From the NCBI GenBank assembly GCA_016861205.1, contig BOKX01000001.1, positions 456,539 to 520,538 on the forward strand: DNA of 64,000 nt. The letters are read 5' to 3'. The notes below the pieces were generated by a model. It worked only from the letters and a program-made list of their open reading frames with translations, was not told the origin of the DNA and did not search any database. A program made the translations under genes and the position numbers. Source of the stretch: Patescibacteria group bacterium (GTDB lineage: Bacteria > Patescibacteriota > Microgenomatia > UBA1400 > PJMF01). Positions 29,885 through 36,989 of the stretch are shown piece by piece. Position 1 is the stretch's first letter. Each line of letters begins with the position of its first letter.

Positions 29885-31504
29885 ATGCGAATGCCATCAC
29901 TTATTCTCACTGTTTCTTACAAGTGGTTCGACAAGACTTACCAGTTTTTTGCTCGAACAGCTAGCATGTGGGTCGTGCTTTTATCAGTGCTACTTTCGAT
30001 TGGAGCCTACTACTACTTTCAGTCAGTTCACTTAACTTTGGCGTACAACGACGCGCGTTCGCATCTCAATATTGGTCGCCGGGTCGTGGAGGGACTAAAA
30101 CCAGGCATGGCTCAGCTGGGCAGTGTTTGGCTCCCATTACCACATATTTTGATGGTGCCAACAATTTGGAATGACTACATGTGGCAGACTGGTCTAGCTG
30201 GTGCGGTGCAGTCGATGATTTCATACGTGGCCACCATTTTATTAATCCGCCTCATTCTCAAAAAAATCGGGGTCGATACTTTGGGCCAAGTAGTTGGCAT
30301 GTTAGTGTTTGCTTTAAACTTAAATATTTTATATTTACAGTCTACAGCCATGACCGAGCTACTATTGATCGGCACAATGACGGCTGGCGTGTACGAGTTA
30401 ATAAACTACTACCATGATCAGACTATTTTGTCTTTGATAAAAGCATCATTCTGGATTATGTTGTCGACGCTGATCCGTTACGATGGTTGGTTCTTGTGCT
30501 TCTATGGTTTGGCGTTGGTCGTCATTCAAGCGATTTTGCAAAAAAAGTGGCGAAAAAGTGAAGGTATCTTCTTCCTGTACTGCACTCTGGCAGGATTTGG
30601 TGTTTTCCTGTGGCTGATGTGGAACACAGCTATCTTCAAAGATCCCTTGTACTTTGCGTTCGGTCCATACTCTGCTCACGCTCAGCAGGAGCAAATTGAA
30701 GCCGCTGGCCAGCTCATCACCAAACACGATTGGCTGACATCACTCAAAACTTACTGGTATGCCATGGCCTACAACAGTGGCACATTGGTAGTTGTTTTAG
30801 GTTTGTTAGCTGCCGTTGGCTTATATCTAGATAAAAAAATTGCCTCTAAAACACGACTGGCCCTTAGCGTGCTGTTAGTCCCATTAATGTTTAACATCCT
30901 TGCACTGTACCTCGGTCACTCTGTTCTGTTTGTCCAGGGCATTAACGGTGACACGTGGTTCAACGTGCGCTATGGAATCATGATGATGCCGTCCCTGGCC
31001 GTATTTATCGGTTATCTCGTGTACCGGTTAAAATCACTTCGCTACTTACTACTTGGTGTGTTATGCGCCCTGTATTTGTTCCAGTTCACTTCGTTTGATG
31101 CCGTCACCATCGATGATGGCCGGGTCGGCTCCAGTCAGAAGAATGTGTCTGAAGTTAGCGGCTGGTTACGTGCCCACGCAGCCAACGAAAAAGGCTTTGT
31201 TTTGATCAGTGCTGCCTCACACGATGCTATTATTTTCTCGACGGGCATGCCGATGAAACGGTTCATCCACGAAGGTACTGGCAAATATTGGGAAAGTGCG
31301 ACAACTACTCCAGATCGCTGGGCGCGTTGGATTGTGATGCGGACCAATGATAACAACGATCAAACGTTTAAGTTAGTTAACCAATCAGGTGTGCTGTACA
31401 AATACCAATTGGTTAACTCATTCCCATTTGCTGACATCTACCAATTAAAAGATGAGTACTTACCCAACCTCCAAACGGAAAGTGTACTCGGCCCTCAAAG
31501 GTAA
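29885..31504 (+). CDS. GT-C fold (ArnT/PMT-like) glycosyltransferase
   Basis: YNDARSHLNIGRR, GSVWLPLPHIL, STAMTE, RYDGW, FNVRYG; many TMs. Confidence 0.78.
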   Translation: MRMPSLILTVSYKWFDKTYQFFARTASMWVVLLSVLLSIGAYYYFQSVHLTLAYNDARSHLNIGRRVVEGLKPGMAQLGSVWLPLPHILMVPTIWNDYMWQTGLAGAVQSMISYVATILLIRLILKKIGVDTLGQVVGMLVFALNLNILYLQSTAMTELLLIGTMTAGVYELINYYHDQTILSLIKASFWIMLSTLIRYDGWFLCFYGLALVVIQAILQKKWRKSEGIFFLYCTLAGFGVFLWLMWNTAIFKDPLYFAFGPYSAHAQQEQIEAAGQLITKHDWLTSLKTYWYAMAYNSGTLVVVLGLLAAVGLYLDKKIASKTRLALSVLLVPLMFNILALYLGHSVLFVQGINGDTWFNVRYGIMMMPSLAVFIGYLVYRLKSLRYLLLGVLCALYLFQFTSFDAVTIDDGRVGSSQKNVSEVSGWLRAHAANEKGFVLISAASHDAIIFSTGMPMKRFIHEGTGKYWESATTTPDRWARWIVMRTNDNNDQTFKLVNQSGVLYKYQLVNSFPFADIYQLKDEYLPNLQTESVLGPQR

Positions 31505-31506
31505 TC

Positions 31507-32418
31507 ATGCTACTCTACATCACTAATCCTGAGGAAACACATCCTCAGGCCATCGAGCTTTTAGAGACTCATGGTATTCAGCTTGTGTTCCCAGCAGACG
31601 TTACAGAAAAGTTGTCTGAAATTGAAGCAGTGTTTATCCGGTCAACCACTCAGGCCGATGGGGCTTGGCTAGCACAGTTTCCCAAACTACATTATGTGCT
31701 CTGCGCCGCAGTGGGAACGGATAACATTGATCACTCTGTTTGCCAAACCAGAGATATTGAAGTCATCAATGCGCCCGGCGCCAACTCGGCAGCAGTAGCC
31801 GAACATGCCTTAACATTGATGTTGATGCTTTTAAAAAAAATCCCCCATCACACCCAGACCATTCGCGAAGGTGGCTGGCGAGACCTAACTGCTGTTAACG
31901 ATGAGCTCAAAGGCAAAACCGTTGGCCTGGTTGGGTGTGGGGCTGTCGGACAACGGTTGGCCCGGTTGTGTCAGGCATTTGAAGTTGGTTCATTGATTGG
32001 GTACGACCCATTTGCCAACACACAGCTCCTCAAAACTTTGGGCGTTACCCTGACTGATCTGGAAACGGTGTTTCGCTCAGCTGACATCGTTTCGATACAA
32101 GTTCCTCTCACCACACACACTCAAAACCTGATCACCAAGCCTCTGCTGGCGTTGCTCAAACCCACGAGTTTGGTAATTAACGTTTCCCGGGGTAAAATTG
32201 TCAACGAAGCTGACTTGATTCAGGTGTTGCAAACGCAAAGTATTGCTGGCGCGGGTTTGGACGTGTTCGATCAGGAGCCACATCCAAATCCAACCTTGGT
32301 ACACTTAGATAATGTGGTAGTTACCCCACACATCGGCGGATTTACAACCGAAGCTCGACAAACCATGTCCGTCCTACCTGTGCAACAGTTTCTGAAACGG
32401 TTAATGTTGACAAACTAA
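31507..32418 (+). CDS. D-isomer-specific 2-hydroxyacid dehydrogenase (SerA-like, no ACT domain)
   Basis: VGTDNID, GANSAAVAEH, GLVGCGAVG, INVSRG, LDVFDQEP, TPHIGG. Confidence 0.92.
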   Translation: MLLYITNPEETHPQAIELLETHGIQLVFPADVTEKLSEIEAVFIRSTTQADGAWLAQFPKLHYVLCAAVGTDNIDHSVCQTRDIEVINAPGANSAAVAEHALTLMLMLLKKIPHHTQTIREGGWRDLTAVNDELKGKTVGLVGCGAVGQRLARLCQAFEVGSLIGYDPFANTQLLKTLGVTLTDLETVFRSADIVSIQVPLTTHTQNLITKPLLALLKPTSLVINVSRGKIVNEADLIQVLQTQSIAGAGLDVFDQEPHPNPTLVHLDNVVVTPHIGGFTTEARQTMSVLPVQQFLKRLMLTN

Positions 32419-32419
32419 T

Positions 32420-33652
32420 ATGAAAAAAACCCTGATTTGGCTGATTTTGATCTGTTGGTGGCTCTCAAAAGCTACCACAGTGTCGGCTGCTGCTTGGTGG
32501 GATTTCCAATCCATCGATACCATGAAGTACTCTCGCGACCCCAGTCGGCAGTTTCTATCTGACCCGGCTGAGTTAAAACGCGTCAGTGACCAGCAAGTCA
32601 AACTCATTGCAGAAACTGGTGCCACACACGTGGCAATTGCAACTCCCTATGATGAGGAATTTTTGCCAGTGTTGAAAACATGGGTGCAGATGGCTCGCAA
32701 GTACAATTTAAAAGTCTGGTTTCGAGGCAACTGGTCGGGTTGGGAAGGATGGTTTGAGTACTCTGGAATTTCACGAGAAGAACACTTGGCTAAAACGGCT
32801 GCCTTTATCAAAGGACATCCTGAACTGTTTGTCGATGGTGATATGTTTTCACCTTGTCCCGAGTGTGAAAATGGCGGCCCAGGTGATCCACGCATGAACG
32901 GGGACGCTCAAGGTTACCGGCAGTTTTTAATCGATCAAAATCGAGTCGCTACAACCGCATTTAAGCAACTTGGCAAAAACGTCAAAGTCAACCTTTTCTC
33001 GATGAATGGTGACGTCGCCGAGCTGATTATGGACGCACCAACAACAAAACAACTTGGTGGGATCGTTACTGTGGACCACTATGTGAAAACCCCTACCCAA
33101 ATGGCTGATGACGTACAAGACTATGCCCGACGCAGCCAAGGTCAAGTAGTTTTGGGTGAGTTTGGCGCACCAATCCCCGACATACATGGGGCAATGACAC
33201 CTGATGAACAAGCTCGCTGGCTTGATGAAACGCTGAGCAAGCTGATCGATGTACCTGAACTGGTTGGTCTGAATTACTGGGTCAATGTTGGGGGTTCGAC
33301 ACAGCTGTGGTCCGATGCTGGAGAGCCGACACCGGCAGTGGCCATCCTCAAAAAGTACTTTCAACCCTCGGCTATCGAAAACCAAGTCGTCGACTCACTT
33401 GGTCAACCGATCGTAGCTGCCAAGATCCGCGGATTACACAAAACCACGCACAGCAACTCAGAAGGCCAATTTTCGTTGCCGTATCTCAGCAGCGAGGGCG
33501 ACGTCGTGATTAGCGCCGTTGGCTATCAGAGCCGATCGCTACCATTGAGTGAGTTGATTGTGAATCACGACCCAATCCAGTTGACCAGCTCAAAACCACT
33601 GACTGTTTGGCAACGAGTCCAGGCTTGGTGGCGATCTTTGTTTGCCAAGTAA
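32420..33652 (+). CDS. Secreted putative glycoside hydrolase (clan GH-A-like barrel) with a C-terminal beta-sandwich
   Basis: Signal peptide; candidate acid/base PECEN and nucleophile VVLGEFG; GLNYW; C-terminal VVDSLGQPIVAAKI..SNSEGQF..ISAVGY resembles a carboxypeptidase-regulatory-like domain. Confidence 0.55.
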   Translation: MKKTLIWLILICWWLSKATTVSAAAWWDFQSIDTMKYSRDPSRQFLSDPAELKRVSDQQVKLIAETGATHVAIATPYDEEFLPVLKTWVQMARKYNLKVWFRGNWSGWEGWFEYSGISREEHLAKTAAFIKGHPELFVDGDMFSPCPECENGGPGDPRMNGDAQGYRQFLIDQNRVATTAFKQLGKNVKVNLFSMNGDVAELIMDAPTTKQLGGIVTVDHYVKTPTQMADDVQDYARRSQGQVVLGEFGAPIPDIHGAMTPDEQARWLDETLSKLIDVPELVGLNYWVNVGGSTQLWSDAGEPTPAVAILKKYFQPSAIENQVVDSLGQPIVAAKIRGLHKTTHSNSEGQFSLPYLSSEGDVVISAVGYQSRSLPLSELIVNHDPIQLTSSKPLTVWQRVQAWWRSLFAK

Positions 33653-33731
33653 AACCTGTTTTTTTACCTAGCCTGGAACTTTAAGCTCATAACATTTCTT
33701 ATCTTGACGTGGAGTGGTATAATCCACCCAC

Positions 33732-34370
33732 ATGAAAAAGCTATCAAATAGTATCAAAACTGCCCTTACTATCGCATTGGCGACCTGGATGTTGCTGGCG
33801 CGACCAACCCAGTCCGAGGCAGTGGCGACCCCAGCTTTTCCTGTCTGCCCTAACCCCAGTGGGCAACTGATCGCTAACTACGACGCTGGTGTCCACGGCA
33901 TTGCCGGTGACCCAGGTGTCTACGTCGGTAGCGACCAAGTCTTCAAGATCAGTGATACCCAGATCATTCAATGTTTCTGCCCCACCAACAAAGGTGAGGG
34001 TATTCAAACTGTTTGGTGGAAATATACTGAGCTCAGCACCGCCGAAGTCGATTCTTTGATCAAACAAGGTTGGATCTGGATTCCTACAGGCAGTGTTTGG
34101 GGCCTCGATGATGCCAGCTACTTAGCCAAAAACACCAAGTTCCGCTGTTCAGAAGATGGCGGCAATGGTGGCACCGGCGGCGGCTCGAGTTCTGACTCAG
34201 GGTCAAGTTCCGGCAGTTCTTCCAGTTCAGGTGGTATCGGTGGTGCCGTGTTGGGTATCAGCACCTTAGCTAACACCGGTAGCCAAGCCAATTGGCTGGC
34301 TTTACTGTGTCTGACTGCTGTGCTCAGTCTGAGCTACAACATCATTGCTCGACACTCGCTTCACAACTAA
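33732..34370 (+). CDS. Secreted Cys-containing protein with Gly/Ser linker and LANTG sortase-type sorting signal
   Basis: Signal peptide, four Cys in the mature domain, G/S linker, GAVLGISTLANTG + TM + RH tail. Confidence 0.7.
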   Translation: MKKLSNSIKTALTIALATWMLLARPTQSEAVATPAFPVCPNPSGQLIANYDAGVHGIAGDPGVYVGSDQVFKISDTQIIQCFCPTNKGEGIQTVWWKYTELSTAEVDSLIKQGWIWIPTGSVWGLDDASYLAKNTKFRCSEDGGNGGTGGGSSSDSGSSSGSSSSSGGIGGAVLGISTLANTGSQANWLALLCLTAVLSLSYNIIARHSLHN

Positions 34371-34435
34371 GGCTTTCGAAAAATTCTTGTTCACCCACCG
34401 CGACAGGTGTGGTTATTTTTGCCGTCCAAAACCAA

Positions 34436-34463
34436 AACTCCCCCCGCCAAAGCGAGGGGAGTT
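34436..34463 (-). terminator. Intrinsic terminator of the RRM gene
   Basis: Minus strand AACTCCCCTCGC-TTTG-GCGGGGGGAGTT followed by TTGGTTTT. Confidence 0.75.
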
Positions 34464-34479
34464 GAGTAACTAAAGCAAA

Positions 34480-34854
34480 TTAGTTGTGGTATCGGTCACC
34501 ACCGCGACGATCGTTGCGATCGTAGCGAGGTCGGCGATCAAAACCGCCGCCGCCGCCACCGAAACCTTGACTTCGCTCACGAGGAACGAAAGGTCGGGCG
34601 ACTTTGACCATCAATGGTCGGCCATTCATGTCCATACCATTGGTGGCTTCCAAAGCTGCTTGAGCTTCTTGGGCGTTGCTGAACTCAACAAAGCCGAAGC
34701 CTTTTGAGCGTCCACTCATCTTGTCGATGATCAGTTTTGCACTGGTCACCTGACCGTACTGAGCGTACATTTGGCCGAGTTCTTCCTCGGTCACACTGTA
34801 TGGCAAGTTGCCAACATACAGTTTATTTGGATTGTCTTGAGTTGCATCTGTCAT
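34480..34854 (-). CDS. RNA-binding protein, single RRM with Gly/Arg-rich tail
   Basis: RNP2 LYVGNL; RNP1 KGFGFVEF; AAGGAG Shine-Dalgarno. Confidence 0.96.
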   Translation of the reverse strand: MTDATQDNPNKLYVGNLPYSVTEEELGQMYAQYGQVTSAKLIIDKMSGRSKGFGFVEFSNAQEAQAALEATNGMDMNGRPLMVKVARPFVPRERSQGFGGGGGGFDRRPRYDRNDRRGGDRYHN

Positions 34855-35070
34855 GACGACTCATACTCCTTACGATGGCCAAAAATAAGCGTACAGGCCA
34901 TCCTTGTACACGTATCCTCGAGTCGCTCTAACACTTCAGGAAATCGGGGCCAGCCAATATTGATGCGCCAGCCAAGTTTCACAGCAGCCGGTGCTGCACT
35001 TTCGGAACTGGCTAGCAGTATAGCACAAATGTGATGAAAATAACAGCTGATACTCGAGAAATTGGCCGAG

Positions 35071-35379
35071 CTAGCTACTCAAGGGGTAGGTTGGTTTTTG
35101 GTTAACTGACGGCTGGGGTACCTGGGATTTTCGGCGTTGCTCAGCATCGGCACAGAAGGCAGCAAACATAAGTGTTCCAACTTTGTCGAGGATTTCTTGG
35201 TCAGTCATTTCCAGCTCGTCTGAGATATACGTACCAATGATGGTGCTCATACCGTGGGCAAAGGCAGCTTGCACTTCAACTGGCGCGCTAGCCAAGTTGG
35301 CATACTTTCGAATTTCGGCCAACAACTGATCGGTCAGTTGCGCTGCACGCTCATCTTTGGCCTGAGGATTTTGCTCCAT
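35071..35379 (-). CDS. Hypothetical protein
   Basis: Helical ORF; TGGTACAAT lies 10 nt upstream of ATG 35379. Confidence 0.55.
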   Translation of the reverse strand: MEQNPQAKDERAAQLTDQLLAEIRKYANLASAPVEVQAAFAHGMSTIIGTYISDELEMTDQEILDKVGTLMFAAFCADAEQRRKSQVPQPSVNQKPTYPLSS

Positions 35380-35484
35380 AACGGGAGGGATTGTACCATG
35401 GACAGGTGCAAGATACAGATAATCAACTCCAGATGTACACAAGCAAATATTGTTTAGCCTTGGGTTTTTGATTACTATGATGCT

Positions 35485-36081
35485 ATGTCACTACGAATGA
35501 GCTACCGAAAAGTTATTATTGGCTTTTTTTTCGTCGCGACCCTTTATGTCGGGTTTGCGGTGTTACTTAATTTTCTTTTCTATGACGCCACTGTGTTGAG
35601 AAGTGTCATGATAAATAAGTGGCAATGTATCGAGTGTGACTATGTCAACACTGATCGCATGCAGATCAAAGCTATTAAGAAAGTTGCGTTTCAAGCCAAT
35701 TACGTAGCAATGCGAAGGCCAAAAGGTCTGGCCAAGTTTCCTGATGGTGGAGTACCCCTTTATCTCAAAGTCGATTCTCGGCCTTTTTTACTTGACATGG
35801 AGACACAATCACTGCAGCAGATGGACAAACCATTGGATTGGGACAATTCTTTCGATGCCCTTCGTGATTTACGAAAGCATGAACCATCGGCACTCATTGA
35901 TGCTTTAGATAGTGAACGCTCACTTTCTGAAGATGCATTTCTCAGCTCACCTTTATTTACATTACGCGATCCTCAAACAGGAAAAGCCTTCACAGTGATC
36001 GTAAAGCAGCTCGGTTTTGACTGGCGTGTACCAATCACCATGCCACTGTTTGGTTATAATGGACTGCGACCACAATACTAA
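35485..36081 (+). CDS. Hypothetical protein with N-terminal membrane anchor
   Basis: 198-aa ORF, one TM, CxxC. Confidence 0.55.
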   Translation: MSLRMSYRKVIIGFFFVATLYVGFAVLLNFLFYDATVLRSVMINKWQCIECDYVNTDRMQIKAIKKVAFQANYVAMRRPKGLAKFPDGGVPLYLKVDSRPFLLDMETQSLQQMDKPLDWDNSFDALRDLRKHEPSALIDALDSERSLSEDAFLSSPLFTLRDPQTGKAFTVIVKQLGFDWRVPITMPLFGYNGLRPQY

Positions 36082-36106
36082 AAGTGCAAGAAGGCCTGTT
36101 TAACAT

Positions 36107-36412
36107 ATGCCTGAATACTTCCTGATTTTACTTTTTTTAGCGGTTTTTAGCATCACGTTACACCTCAAGTACAAGCTACAACTATTTCGTTCAAAGAGGC
36201 ACCGCTACGTTTTCTTTACAATTACATTTGTCGTTGGGATGATTTGGGATAGTTTGGCGATTACCCGTGGTCATTGGTCTTTTGGTGCAGACTATTTGCT
36301 GGGGATAAAAGGCGGTATTCTGCCGTTAGAGGAGTACTTCTTTTTTATTATTTTCCCGTATGCTCTGCTTGTTCTTTACAAGCTAACAGACAAAAAGTTA
36401 GCTCACCTCTAA
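36107..36412 (+). CDS. Lycopene cyclase domain-containing membrane protein
   Basis: IWDSLAITRGHWSFG..LLGI..LPLEEYFFF matches the CrtYc/Yd-type domain. Confidence 0.8.
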   Translation: MPEYFLILLFLAVFSITLHLKYKLQLFRSKRHRYVFFTITFVVGMIWDSLAITRGHWSFGADYLLGIKGGILPLEEYFFFIIFPYALLVLYKLTDKKLAHL

Positions 36413-36419
36413 CTTCACC

Positions 36420-36806
36420 TTAACGAACACCTCGTGAATGAATCCAAGTCTTCAACTGTGGTAAAGCGTCTGACTGTTTATCAAGATTAAAATCAGCTTT
36501 TTCGAGTGCTTGACGACCAGAGTTACCAATCACCGGCACATGCTCAAATTTTTGAATCTCTCGAATCCGTGCAATGATCTTCGTACCGTCATTTTTTGCG
36601 GCATCACCTTCAGACAAACTACCATCAACAATAAATGCCAGCACGGCTAGATCGTTGATGCCCAATTCACAAGCATCAAGAAAGTCTAAGGTTTCTTGCA
36701 GAGTTGAAAGTACTAAGCTTGGTACCTCACCAAGCCTAACCGACAAAAGACGAATCCAAGAAGGATTGTCTTCAACTATAACCACCGTACCTTGTTCAAC
36801 AGCCAT
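36420..36806 (-). CDS. Single-domain response regulator receiver
   Basis: VVIVEDN, FIVDG (phosphoacceptor), DG..II..IR, PVIGNSG, LDK. Confidence 0.75.
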   Translation of the reverse strand: MAVEQGTVVIVEDNPSWIRLLSVRLGEVPSLVLSTLQETLDFLDACELGINDLAVLAFIVDGSLSEGDAAKNDGTKIIARIREIQKFEHVPVIGNSGRQALEKADFNLDKQSDALPQLKTWIHSRGVR

Positions 36807-36989
36807 ATATGCTCCGCTATCTAAATTAACTACTCAACCAGTTTCTGAAGTATTTTATGTTTCATTTTACTGTGTCGGATCTATGGAACCAAGTCGTAAC
36901 TCTGTCGCAGACAGGACAACCTATAGATTTTTACATCTTTGACCCGATCTGATTTTTTTACACAAAATTATGAAACAAGCACTAACATG

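Noticed and set aside
32927-33385. Long antisense or alternate-frame ORFs (also 2907-3323, 6761-7201, 11561-11965, 53834-54295, 55344-55790)
   Set aside because: They lie within well-supported genes and show no motifs; they are shadow ORFs.
34157-34245. Low-complexity GGC/TCA-rich tract as a DNA repeat
   Set aside because: It is explained by the Gly/Ser linker with varied codons.
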